From: Chrysomallon squamiferum
Taxonomy: Eukaryota > Animalia > Mollusca
NCBI GenBank assembly: GCA_012295275.1
Contig: CM022676.1
Coordinates: 6,882,001 to 6,946,000, forward strand
Direction: 5' to 3'
DNA length: 64,000 bases
Part shown: positions 31,322 to 45,538 of the stretch, piece by piece
Layout: each line of letters starts with the position of its first letter
Numbering within the stretch: position 1 is the first letter of the stretch
Made by a program: the position numbers and the translations under genes
The notes under the pieces: model-generated
The model's database searches: none
What the model was told of the DNA's origin: nothing
The model's input: the letters and a program-made list of their open reading frames with translations, nothing else

Positions 31322-34300
31322 GCTAAAAACAACAGAAACAAGTATGTAAGTAAATAAATAAATAAAAACTACCTAAATGAACTAAAAGCAATATCTTTCA
31401 GATTTAAAATTAATAAATAAATATATAAATAAATAAAATAAAAATAATAATAAGAACAACAAGAAGAATAAGAACTATTAAAAAAAGTAAATAAATAAAT
31501 TAATAAATAAAAAATAAAGAAGAAATTTGTTTTTGTATTAATGATACATTACTAACCTGTGTTCCAAGGCCCAGGGTAAAAAGCATAGAAAAGAATAAAA
31601 CAGACCAGAGTTGAGACACTGGTAATTTTGTAACAACTTCAGGATAAACAACAAATGCCAAACCAGCCCCTGGAAAATGTATTATTTTTAATTAATGCAT
31701 CATTATGTGAAAACCAATAAGATGTTTCTGTATCAGAATTTTTTTTTAAAAACCAGAATAATGTACACAAAATTTACTTCTGTTAAAGATGTGGAATACA
31801 CACTAATGATAAGAATTATTTCTATGAGGAAATATGACTTTAAATATGACAAGTGAATCAAATCACCTAAAACATATACTTAAAAAAAAAAAATAATAAT
31901 ACAAGTAAATTTATTGTGAATATCAAAGAAACATAAATATTTTCCAGTTAAGCAAGATTACATGAAAAGTTCATGTCTGGTTAATATAATAAGATTAACA
32001 TAATATTTTATATAAATATGATTTTATACAACAGTCTTGGCAGAAACACAATGTCACTGTTTTATTTATCTGTTTGTTAATCTGTCAGTCTGTTTAATAA
32101 AGGATTTATTTTTATTTGTTTAAATCAACTTTTTGTTATATTTGTTAATCTGTCAGTCTGTCATGTCTGCATATATACATAGATTATCAATCTACCAGTA
32201 TATTTATTTTATCTATCTATCACCTTGATTATTTATTATCTGTAATATAATAATTACTAATCTTTTTTATTTGTTTTAAACTTACCATCTGTGGCTACAG
32301 TTGATACTGGCTGTCCTAACTCATGAGCCATATAACCAATGATTGCAAAAATTACCAGTCCAGCAAATATGCTGGTCAGGCAGTCAAGAACTGTTATAAG
32401 AATTGCATCACTATTAATAAACAAAAAGAAAGAAAGAAATAGTCTTAGTAGTAGTTGTAATAATAATAATAATAATAACAATATTGATGATGATAATGAT
32501 GAAAAAAAAAAATATATAATAATGATAAAAATAAAAATAATATAATAATGTTGATGATGACAATGAAAATAATAATACTACTAATAATAATAGTAGGAAT
32601 ACATCTTGTTACAGATATTAGGGGCTCTAACCAGAGCAAAATGTTAATTAACACATCAAATTTATGTTAAGATTAAAATGGGTTTTTTTTCCTATTTCTT
32701 TTCACTTACTTACTCATTCACAGACTTTCATGCAAACACTAATACATACACTACTTAAAAATAAAATATCCATAAAATCTCTTTTATATCAGTTAACTGA
32801 TAGTGTCAAAAGAAAGTCCTGTTACTGTATTTAATACTCACTTGAAACAGTTGTTGTGAAATTTATTAAAACTAGCAAGAGTGATAAGACCTCCCCAGCC
32901 AGGTGATAAAGAAAAAAATACCTGTACAGCAGCATCACTCCACACCTGTAAATTAAAACCACCTTGTTCTACTATTTTTGTTTAACATGAAAAGACAACT
33001 AATATATTGTTGATAAAATATTTTCTCACTTCAAAAATTGTATTATTATTATTATTATTATTAATTTTTATTTATTTATTTTATTTTTTTTTTTTGAATT
33101 ATGAGAAAATGTCAAGATTTTATTTTTAATTTTAATTTATTATTTCTTAAAAATAATAAATAAATAAATAAATAAATAAAGTCAAAAAGAAAGAATTAAA
33201 TAAATAAATAATAATATAAATATAATGTACTGGGAGGCTTAAATGAAAGTTTTAGTTTGAAATCTGAAGAAATTAAAAAAGTTCAAGAGAATTGACTTCA
33301 TTATTAATTAATAAATTTATAAATCCAAAGCTAATGTTTCTGTCTGCAATACATTCTCAAAAGTCTGAAATACCCATTACAATTTTTTTTTTTTCCAATT
33401 TATCGAACAGTAGGAAAAATATCCAGTGAGGATAAAAATCCTATGTTATTAAATGTTTGAGCGCTTGATTAATAATAAATAATTCATGGTAATTTCATAC
33501 TGTAACATTTCCATCTGTATGGTTTGAGTATTATTTATATTTAGAAAGTTTTGTATTTTTCAAGACTCATGCTATAATGTGTTGATTAATTTTTATGTTG
33601 ATTAATTTCTGCTTTATAGCATGTTTTTTTTAAATGTTTAAACACTGATTTTGTCAGAAATATCCTCCAAACAGGCAAAGGATCAATGCAAAACTAGACT
33701 TTTTTTTTTTTTTTTCTAATCGACTCACCTTCAATCTGCCAAGACTTTCCCATTGTGGAGTTACATAATATTTCATTCCTTCCTGAGATCCTTCCAAAGT
33801 TACTGCTCGAATTAGCAGAATGAAGAGCACAATGTATGGAAAGAAAGCTGTAAAATAAGCTGCCTGAAAAAAATAAAGTTTCAAAAGAAAACAAAAAAGT
33901 ATTTTGTTGATTTGTTATTGTTATTTTATTCCTACAGTCCTTAATTATCTACTGCACTATATAAAACAATAATCAGCAACAGACTATTGGGATCAAAAGA
34001 AAAAATCATATATTTGTACATAGATAACATATGTGCTTGAATGATAAATGTATATAATGCTACATTAATTTTTACATTTGAGTGATAAATATACATAATG
34101 TTATATTAATTTTTACGTTTGACTGATAAATATATATATTAATTTTTGCATTTGACTGATAAATACATATATCATGTTACATTATTTTTTACATTTGAGT
34201 GATAAGTATATATTATAATAATTTTTACATTTGAGTGATAAATGTATATAATGTTATATTTTTTTAACATCAGCTATGCTCTTTATGGATACAACTTCTC

Positions 34301-36852
34301 ACTTGCCTTTGCAGATGTCTTAATTCCCTTGGCCAAACATATACTAACAACTATCCATGCGAGCAGAAGGTAGAATGCCATCTTCCATTTAATTCCACCT
34401 AAGTCATACAATCCTTCTGTCAATTCGAGGACTTCATCACTGCATGTCAAGAGAGATACCAGTAGATAAGGGACAACCAATACACTGGTAGGTAAATAAA
34501 TCTGCAATCACGACACAGTATAATGATTCTAGAAACAGCAAATACAGAGCCCTTGCTATGGTGCATTTCTCTCTAGACTGCATGTTGTTTTGACATATTA
34601 ATTCTCTAATGAGCTTGTCTGACTTGGACCTCTTACCTAGATGTTTGCTGTGGCTGAATCAGAGATTTCATGAAATACCTTTGTTTTTAAATTACGCAAA
34701 TTTGTTTTTGCATGTTTATTCTTCATTATAATAAGGATTATTAGTTCCCAAACAATATGTAACTTTAAAAAATAATTTGATATTTCTATGTTAGAAATAG
34801 CTATATGTTTCAGAATTATTCTTAATAATTTCTAGACAAAGAATCTAATTCTAAATTCTCCAAGAGGACATCACTACAAACTTCACTGGACTGGATCTCT
34901 TTAAGGCTAAATCTAAATCAATAACTTACTGAAAATATTCATCACTTGCAGAACGATATGCTTCATTTCCTTTTGTTATGTTCTTAATCTGGTTGTATTT
35001 TGCTTTTCCAACTGATATCTCAGTTATGCATGTGTCGTTAAACCATATACCTTTGTGTTGAGTACAGTTATAAACTGATTCTAGGTTTTCAACACAAACT
35101 GAAAAAAGAAAAGAAACAGAAAGAAAGAATCAAATCAAAAACCTAAGAATTATTTTATTTTATATTTTGGTGGCCAGGGGTTGTCTGTGTAGGATGGTCT
35201 GGGTTGTGTTTTTTTGGTTGTTGCTTTTTTTTGTTTATTTAGAAAAACTTACAATGTGAGCTCCAACTACCACATGTACTCCATGGTAACTTGGAAGCAA
35301 ATGATGCAAAGAAGTAATACAGAGTCCAAGCAATAATCATATTATAGTAACATGCAATTAGACTGGAAACAAAAAACATTGCCCATCCAATTCCTGAAAA
35401 TACAGAGAAAATAAGTAAAGATAAATATAACTGCCATGAAATATTATCATAGGACCATTTACCACAATTTTTTCACCCACAGATTTTCCTAATAGAAATA
35501 ACCACACATCTAAACATGTTCATTTTTATATTCAGATTTGAGAAGTACCCCTTTTATTTTGAATTTATAATGTATAGAACACTGAAGAATTCATCTGCCA
35601 GTGTTGTTGATGTAGCACTGTTATATTATGGTTCATATAAACCGTGTCTGATTTTTCAATAGTGCCTTTTCATAATGTTATGGAGCCTTTTTGTCCAGGA
35701 CCCCTCCTCAAGAGAAAAAGTGGATAAGCCTCAGATTTTTTGTAATTATAGAGAAAAAGATGAACAGTGGTGTATCTGATACACACCTTTAAACATTGGA
35801 GAAACCTTCCATATGGACACAACCCCTTCACTGGCAAACTGTCCAAAGGAGAGCTCAAGAAAAACCAAAGGTAGCCCAGTTATGATAAGCATGATTATAA
35901 AAGGAAGGAGAAATGCTCCTGAAATAAAATTTTAATTCTACAGAAGCAGCCATTCATACAACAACAACAACAAAAACTAGACTGAACAGGCTCCGTAAAT
36001 AAAATTAAAATCAGCATTGTGAACAAAAATTGATGGTACCTTAATTCATTTTATTACTGTTCTAAAATGACAAAGATATATTCCATATAATGATTATGGC
36101 AAGAGAAACTTACCTATACTGATCTACTATGTAGTTTTTCCAATTTATAACAAGGAAAATATGTATTTTCCCATAGAGAGGCACATACAATGATCTTTGA
36201 TAAACCAAAAGAGAATATTAAATTGAAGAATCTATCTTAAGGCTCAACAGCAATATCATTCTGAGCAATACTTACTTAGTTCTCTAGAGAAATTCTTTGC
36301 ATTCTCAGAATTAATAACTCATAAATTTTCTATAATAATTTTTCATGAACTATATTCTTTTGTATAAACAATAACCTTTAATATTAAAAAGCTTACCATT
36401 TTATTACCATTTGTTTTTTTTTTAAAAATGATAAAGCAAAAGTTTGTTTAACAACACTGATGAATTTTCCATCATCAGCTACTGGATGTCATAATTACAG
36501 TTTTCAGAAGAAATTCAGTATGATGTTTTGCTTATAAAGAGACAGAAAAATGTGGAGAAATATATTTTAAACTATGAAGGTCTTATTCATGTCATGACTG
36601 GGGGATAAATCGAGAAAAAAAAAATTACCTGTCATATTTTTTCATAACAGAACCAAACATACCTCCTCCATTTTTGTAGCATACATATGGAAAGCGCCAA
36701 ACATTTCCAAGTCCTACAGCATAACTCAAGCATGAAAGAATAAATTCAAAACGATGTGACCATGTTTCTCTGATGCTGCTATTGTCAGATGTAGTTTCTA
36801 TATGTATGTCCTTAGTAATTATACTGTCATTGCTCTTATCTTCATAGGTCAT
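28643..36852 (-). CDS. SLC6 family transporter, glycine transporter-like, paralogue B, about 643 aa
   Basis: 14 exons: 36852-36663, 35918-35787, 35393-35253, 35098-34930, 34439-34307 (GC donor), 33863-33729, 32945-32842, 32410-32286, 31669-31557, 31092-30946, 30561-30462, 30082-29979, 29539-29360, 28801-28643 (TGA). Ten of the 12 internal exons match paralogue A in length. Motifs: [31 protein letters not shown]. Confidence 0.95.
29575..29835. repeat. Intronic ~28-bp minisatellite (AGGAACAGAAATATAACTGAAAAAATGT)
   Basis: About 8 imperfect tandem units. Confidence 0.75.
34035..34262. repeat. Intronic ~40-bp minisatellite (TTTTACATTTGAGTGATAAATRTATATAATGTTATATTAA)
   Basis: About 6 imperfect tandem units. 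Confidence 0.8.
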
Positions 36853-37432
36853 GACTGCTCTGAAAACTAATAAAATATTTTAACAAAATGCATGACCTGG
36901 AGTAGTAGAATTGTGTATGGACAGTACAAAAAGGTATATGTAAAGGCTAGCAGAAAACAATATATTCTGCTCCTATGAACTTAATGGATGACAGCTCTTT
37001 TATTACAAGAATTTAATGCTGAAAAACTCTGCTGCCTTATTTTTGAAACTTTAAGTTTTCGCGTTTTATAATAATATTATTTTTTATACTGATAATCAAT
37101 AACCAAAATGTGACGATCCTTAAATATTTACATGAAGATAACGCCATAGTAATGATTATATTTTTGCAATAATTGTGTTTTTTGCTTTACTTTCCTTAAA
37201 TTAAATCCTGAGCGATTCATTTCTTCGTTTTAATATATATTTAGTGTTTTCTATTACATAATATGGCAAAAGAAATCTGACCTGGCTGAAGTGGTGTCAA
37301 ACTCAAAGTATTTCGTTAAGAAAATAATTAAGGTAATAATTAACTGAAAAATAAATAAAACATTAAAAATGCTTGTAACTTGAAAATAGAGTTTTTCATT
37401 GTTTAATATACTAAATTGTTGTATTTAATTAC

Positions 37433-37640
37433 CTTGCAGATAATTAGCTTACTATGTTGCTTTTTCGCCGCCATGCGAAACTATGTAACACTTAATTGAG
37501 CAGACAGCCTTTTCTCTGCTTCGGCTTTATTCGGAATATTTCTTCCAGAATCGAATCGATATTTGATTGGAAATGTCCCGAAATTTAACGATGTCGTGTT
37601 AAGGTCATAAAGTTATGACCGATCCTTTATTTAAATCTAT
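37433..37640 (-). promoter_or_regulatory. Putative promoter and non-coding first exon of SLC6-B
   Basis: CpG-retaining patch; minus-strand donor CAAG/GTAAT at 37432; YY1-like CGCCGCCAT; ATTGG (CCAAT box); inverted repeat GGTCATAA-AG-TTATGACC. Confidence 0.5.
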
Positions 37641-38651
37641 TTACCTAGACCAAATCAGTAACAGAGAAGTAAAAAAAATATTCGTAAATAAAACAAAATA
37701 AGTAATATTATTACTAATAATACTGGTTCATACTAACAAAAAGTGTTCGAACTATCTTTAATTGATAATTTATTATTCAATTTGTTTCCATAAAAATTAC
37801 TGGTAATTTAGAAATATATTTACAATTTGTGTGCATGTGCCTGTCCGTGCGTGTGGATTTATTACTGTTTTAGAATGTGACTTCGATAATATACTTTGAG
37901 TTAGTAAAAACTGGGTTTATTATTCATTTAATTTAATTATTTGTATTAATTTTAAAACGTATTTTATTTTATTTTTATTTTACTACCCTCATTCCCGTTA
38001 TTTTATTATTCAAAATGCTCTAAAATAAAATATTTTCTTTCAATAATTCATATTTATAAATATATACACCTGTTTGAAGTTTTATTAATTTTCTTCTTTT
38101 TATTTTAATCACGTAATATAAAATAAACAATAAAACTAATACAAAAATACTTAAAAATTATTTCTTTAATAAGCATTTGATGAAGGTCAGTATGGAAATA
38201 TTTCATTTACGAATATATATATGTATCTCTGTAATTTATTTATATGTTATCTAATTTATTACTTTTAATGTTAGATTTTTAATTCTATCTTGTGCACAAA
38301 AATATATACAAAAGTTTGAGCGAAAGGAACAAACCATAGTTGATGCTGTCCTTTTAGCAGACAGAAATATTTTATATATACTCTGCAAAGACATGAAAGA
38401 AAGTTCCAGGAATGGATTTTTATTTAAGTGACTACCATTTCTTCATAAGTTAAGGTAACACCTTGTTTTTAAACAAATTTCCTGCAAAATTTGGTTCTCA
38501 AATTGCTGTTGTTTCATAAATATTAAAATATAAAACAAACTCAAATACTTTATAGGGTAATATTTAATAAAATAGTGTTGCTTCAGCATCTCAAATGCAG
38601 ATAAATATTTTAAATCTTGTTTTATTTTTTTATTTTTGCCAGACAATGTTG

Positions 38652-41600
38652 TTATGAATCTTCGTAATTTTCTGTTTTCATGTCATTTAGTCCAAGTTCC
38701 TCATTTTGTTCAAAATTTCTCTCATAATGAGTAATACACAATTGTGGATCATCTTCAGGTACTTGTAGATTCTGAAAAAAATAAATACAATAATAATATT
38801 AATAATAAAAACTAATTCTTGTTGTCGTTTTTATTAATAGAATAAATATTTTTGAATGCATTAATTTATTTTATTTATTTATTTGTTTGTTTGTTGGTAC
38901 CTTTGTTTGTTTGTTTGTTTGTTTATTTATTTCTTTATTCACTAGAAACATCGTTTTTGAATTAATTCATTCATTTATCATTTTATTTATTTATTTTAAG
39001 CTTTTTAAGTGAAATTATCTTTAATTAATTGTTCAAAACAACGATATAATCAATGTTTTTTATTCAAGTTTTTATTTTGAGGTGGCAGAAAACAGTATAA
39101 TAAATAAAACAAATTTACATGTAATATGTATACATATAATTTTTTATAATTCTTTAAGGAAAGAAAATGTCGCAATACAAAATAGTTATGAATTACAAAT
39201 GATTATCAGTATGAAAATAATAAAGGGAGATAATAAAACAATAACAAAAAAAATCAGTTTAAAAACAATATCATAACTACTTTACAAGGAAAGAAATAAT
39301 AAAATACAACTTAGAAACACAAAAGCAGAATACAACAGTAACAAAATTTTTTATCTAAAAAGAAAAATAATTTAATTTAAAAAAAAAATAGAAGCATTTA
39401 TTTAATTACTAATTTTTGTTAGATATATCCTTGTAATATAATGTACAATAAAATCAAAACTGTGAAATAATTTAATTATTAGTTAAAAAAGAAAACAAAA
39501 TGACACAGACCTCTATATAGCTGTTACCAGCAGGATCATCAAGAATAAAATGAATATCGAGCATTTCTCCTGTAATTATCTGAAAAAAGAACATATATAT
39601 ATTTTTTTATTACCTTTACATGATCAGAATATTTGGAACTTAAAGAACACAGTTAATTAAATAACCTTCATCTCTATATTATGAATTCATGAATTCTCTT
39701 TCATGAATTCAATAGTTAAACAAGTATCTCAGGTACATATATAATATTTTCAGTACAAAGAACACATCATCTACTTTCACCTTATTAAAAAGGTTTCCAT
39801 TATATGACAATAATCTTTCAATTTTAAAAAGTCAACTACATATATTATTCTGTTAAAATAATTATACTATAAATGGGAAAAATACAACAATTGTCCCCCA
39901 CCAAAAAGATTACAATGCAACAGTCACCTCAAATATGTAAATAATTCACTTATAACAGATGTCCTTAAACATAACTAAATGAAAGGTTCTGTTCTTTATG
40001 GTATATAATGATTTCTATACCTTATCTATCTTCTTACAGAAGATTTCCAGTTTATTAACAAGATCTGGCTGTGAACTGTCACCATGGAAAAAAGGATTCA
40101 TGTCTCGGATCTGAAAAAAGAACAAATGATTTGTGTAAAACTGTTTTTCAGTTATAAAATGAGCACAAGTATGAAGTTAGCCAGTCCTTTGACCTTCAAA
40201 ACCAACATTCATTATGCTATATTTTGACTCAACTATCTTCCATGATGCCTTCATTAGATATCTAAATCTTTATGCTTTGTTTTTCAAAAGTAATTTTTAG
40301 AGCATTTCAGAGTTAAATGCAACATACCAGGTTCTTTAGGTTTTTATATTCTATTATTATTATTATTTTATATATCTATATATATATACTGTTTTTTTTT
40401 AAATTTATTATCATTTTTTTTTTTTCCTTTCAAAATCAAATTGCCAATAATTTCAAGGTCAATTTAACAAATTCTTTAGAAAAATCAAAAAGTAACATTA
40501 AATTGATATTAATCCTTTATTACAGAACAAAAGTAAAATTGATTATTTAAACATAACCAGTTCATAAACTTATTAATCTATCCAACTAACTCTTAAAACA
40601 TGAAGATTTTTACCCATATATTTCTGTACTTATTGTAGCTTCATAACTTAATATTTAACTATTTCTATAAAACAAAAATATTCTTTATCTGCTAATCAGG
40701 ACTGATTATATTTTGACATTTTCTCAAAAGATTTACTCATATTACTTACCTGAGTTTTGATATCAGTAAGCAAGCCTTCAACAGTGGAGAATTTTCCTCC
40801 CAGAGTTCCTGACCCTGTTTCAAATTCTATTTCCGGAATGATAATCTTGCTTGATTCACTCTGAAAAATTAATAATGAAATAGTATTGTCACAAAACTGT
40901 TTCACTTGGTAAAATAATAGTTGTCATAAACAAAAATAAAATTAAAAAAATACTAGGTAAAAGAGGGGACAGATAATTTCAGATCTGTTTGAAAAAGAGA
41001 ATTTTATCTGAGCATTACAAAATTTAGAGAGAATATATTTATTTAATATTTATTTGATAAAAGAAATTCACATTGGCATGATTCATTCCAATATTTTGAA
41101 ATAAATAATAAAATTGGTCCAAAATTATAAATAAACATTCTTTGATTCTTCATTTTAATGAAAGAAACCAAAATAAAATAAAAATAAATTCAAAATAAAA
41201 TCAAGAATTAAAAAACAATGTAAAAAATCAGTAAATAAAAAAAATAAAATTACAAACTTCAAAAATCAAAATGTAATACAATAAAATAAAATAAAATCTG
41301 CAAAACACAAAAGAACTGAAGTAATATTAAAATCCAGTAATTTAAATTAGAACTAAAACCAAAATAAATACTTTTATGATATCTCTTGACAAATCACGTT
41401 GATTTTGGATATGCAGATCTATCTTGATACCCTTCGGTTCAATTCCCGTTCCACCTTTGACCTCACTCTCCTTATAACCACAACTGTCACAGAGCGTAAC
41501 CATCAAAACTACCTTCTTAAAGTGTGGAATATCTTATCTTATTAAGGAACAAAAGCAATTAAATAATAAATGAAACTTTTAATGACACCTCTTAAAGTAA

Positions 41601-44600
41601 TTGGATGAATGATCATCTGATGATGAAGGAAATGATATCTTGTATGTTAGTCCATGAGTTACTCATTAATTTGAAGTAAAAGATATTCTACAATAAGGGA
41701 TGTGCCAAGACTAACCAATTATACAGCATGTGCTAGAATGGCAAATAACAATAAAAACAAATACAAAAATTAAAAACAAAAAGATTTTATTTGAGCTAAT
41801 ACATTGATCAGACCAGTGAACGTAGATGAATGATTGATTAATGTTATTTTAAAGATTAAATTAAATTAAAAATCATCGTTTAAAGGATACCAACAATTTT
41901 CATATTTGTCTCACACTGTGCTTTGCAGTCTGGACACAAACTCTGAAACTGCATTATCTAGAAAATAAAACAAGACAAAATTAGTTCAGGCAATGTTCTG
42001 ACTTAGACGTACTCAGAAGTACATAACCAACCAATAATATAATACTGGACAGTAAAATGCAACATTAAATTAAGGCCTACCTCTGGGATTATGTACATGC
42101 CCATGTTGGCTCCTAAACACTGCATTAGCCCAGAAGCAGAAAAATATGAATTCTGTTTTTTTGATGGATAATTAAGATCATTATGGCATTGATCATGAAA
42201 TTTAATTACACTGTTAAAGGGATAAAAACCAACAGTTGTTACACAAGGATAATGGACATACCTCATCTTCTCCTGTAAAATGTTTGGTTTCATCATCATT
42301 TGTGCCTCCTGATGCACCATCATCATCCAGTTCTGCTTGCTAAATGAATGTAAAAAAAACAACATTGATACTCTCACACTCTCACCCAGGAAAAACAATT
42401 AACAACTTCTTGCAATATTGTACCATTCATTTTTCCTGAACTAAAGATCACTATGCCAATTAACTTTGGTAGAATGACAAAAGCCAATAGTACAAATACT
42501 TGCAAAAATTAGTTTAGAAAATACACTGCAAATTAGATAAGGTCATACAAGTTAGTTTTATTATAGATTTGCTTGCAGGTTTTTTTCAATTAAATCAAAA
42601 TATTGTAATGATAGACTTTAGAGTAGAGAAAAACTAAAATACCAAAATGTTTTTATTATATTAAAACTCTTACTGTATAAAGTCCAAGCTGGTGATTTTG
42701 TTCTTTGGATCTTCTGTAGTGAGTCACTGATAATTCTGGATCAATATTAGGAGCGCGAGTAAAATAAGTTAAGGTATAAAACATTTCAAAATATCAGACA
42801 ATGGACATGACTGCTAAGTACACAAATAAATAGATGAAATATCTTTTAAGAAGGGCTCTATAGATATATTATACATTAAAAACATTAAGATGAAAAAAAC
42901 CACTAGTTTAAAATTACAACATTAGATATATGTACCAATGGACAATATTTTCTGGATCAATGTTTTAATTGCAGTTATAAAAGGAAACTATTCAAAGCTG
43001 ACAATTACTTTGTTAGACATATTTTGGGTAATAAAAAAGCCAATATTTTAAAATAATTCTAAACAGAAAATCACTTTCTTACCAATTTTTTTATGAAAAG
43101 CCAATTATCTTAAAATTACCACAATAGATGTATGCAAAAAGATATAAAGTCATTTCTAGACAAATGTTTGAAGCACAGTTATGAAAGAAAACAATTCTAA
43201 ATAGACAATTATTTTGTTAGAGCTATTTTGTTACAGTAAGGATATGGATTTTCAATAAAGCTATTTCCTGATGGATCATCAACAATCTGAAAGAAAAAAG
43301 GCCTTTTTATTAATTTTAAATTTGTATGTTTTGAATGTGCATTAATTTTACATATATAATAATGTCATATTGCTTGTTTTCATAAGTGTGAGTATCTTTA
43401 TATGAATTCTAACATGATCATTATCATTATTGTACAACTGAAAATTATCTAAATTTCAGAATTGTATGACAATTTGTATCCAAATGACAGAAGCCATATT
43501 GAAAATTAAGAAACTCAACAATATACTTAAAAATCACTAAAATTCTTTTCTCTTGTGATTTCTACAGATCAGTTCTCTCATGATTACATCAAGATCAGAA
43601 GTTAAAACATTTTTAAAACTACAAAAGGACTTTATGATGTCCGTATGTATGCATGTATGTTATAAATGTCTTTACATTAGGAATATGGTCTCTAAATGAG
43701 GTAATATGATTTTGTGTTAATATGTGCATTTTAGGATGTATTTTGTTACAAATTCATATGCATGTGTTAAGAATATCTGCATATGTGTTATGAATATATC
43801 TATGAATATGTTCATGTTAAGTATATGTTTTGTGAACGAGTCTGTGTGGTGGGGTTTAAGTGAATAAGTATGTACATGTTTTCATCTCTTTTATGATAAA
43901 TTTATTGGAATAATGTCATAAAATTAAATGTTATGTACAGGTAAGTATATCAGCATATATATTATCTTTTTTTTTTAAATTTTAACACACCAGTTCAAAT
44001 GGTTCTTCCACAGTTTTCAGATGGTTTAACTTTAACAAAAATTCATCAATCTTTGCTGCAACATCAGGATGTTGTATCTGTTGAAAAAAAAAAAAAAAAC
44101 AATTGTAAGAAATTATCATAAATTTTGTTATGTTTGTAATACTCATAATAATCGAAGAAACATCATAATCTGCCAAAAAGCAAATAAATATAATTTGGAT
44201 TCTTCACATACCTCTTGCAGAATTTTTATTGTTAAATTATTAAATTAGAAAATATTTCAGTGGATAATAGACAAATACGTATAATAATGTACCTACATAC
44301 ATATAAATACATATATGTGTATATAGATATAAGTATCTGTATGTAAATATATATGTAAAATAATAATAATAATAACAATAATAACAAGGCTTACTTTTCG
44401 TAAAGGTTGGTCTTGTTCCAGACCAGAAATAGCTCGGTCAATTATACCTTCAACAGTTGTTAAAACTAAAACAATACAAATATTATTATAATGTGCATTA
44501 TACAATACAATCACATCAAAAAGAATAATGATTAGTGTTTTGAAAAACTATGTACTTCTATGCTCATTTAGAAGTGTGAATGTCTAATTAGCAGAAATTA

Positions 44601-45507
44601 AATAAAGATGTGTGTGTGTAAATATGTATGTATGTATTTCAGATACATGTACAAGTTGATGATTTAGGAAGGATATTATTTATATACACTAATATTTATG
44701 TAATAACAACTCATTCTGATTCAAAAATGGAGGAGTCAATCCAAAGATATTTTTAAGAAATTTAGATAAATTTTTAATTAAATTACTGTTAGTAATTACC
44801 TCCCTTATTAGGTGGCGCTTCAAATTCCAGAGAAGGTATTGAAATAGTAGCTGATGACGTCTGCACAACTTGTCTGTTAAGATCCTGTACACATAAAAAA
44901 TTAAATCTCTCAGAAATCCCATTGACTGTTAATGATGTATTATTTTCACTCTTTAATAGATATTTGTTTTTAAATATTACAATATATCATGTAAAGTGAA
45001 GCTGCATTAAAATGTAGATGAGGTAAAAAGTACAAATAGCCTGTATTTCCTAATAATTATTTTATTGTAGGACACTAACCTTTAACAACATTAATGTAAA
45101 ACATAAATAAAAATGAAACAAAATGAAATTCCATGGTGAAATGTAAATAACAAAATTTGTATGAGAATAAAATCATAGAAACTTTGAGAATATTTATTTT
45201 CTATTAGGATTAGACTTTTTTCTTTTTTCATTCATATGTAGTTATTAACAGAATAAGATTACATAAAATTTGACATCATTTACTTTCTATCAATATAAGA
45301 CATTTTATTTTTTTCCTTTATATGGAGATAGGAATCATAATAAAATGGAAAATGTTAGCCTCTGTTTTTTGTGATGTGTTTGTTATACTGATCAGACTCT
45401 AATTAGTTAAGGTTGGTTTTCAGTAAAACAGTAATTTTTAAGCATATAAAACAAATTCAGGATAATTGCATAAACAATTAAAACACTTTTAAAAGGCTTT
45501 ATTATAT

Positions 45508-45538
<31 letters not shown>

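Noticed and set aside
42003-42398. 131-aa ORF inside ZPR1
   Set aside because: It is an alternative frame over exon 8 plus intron sequence, with no independent coding signal.
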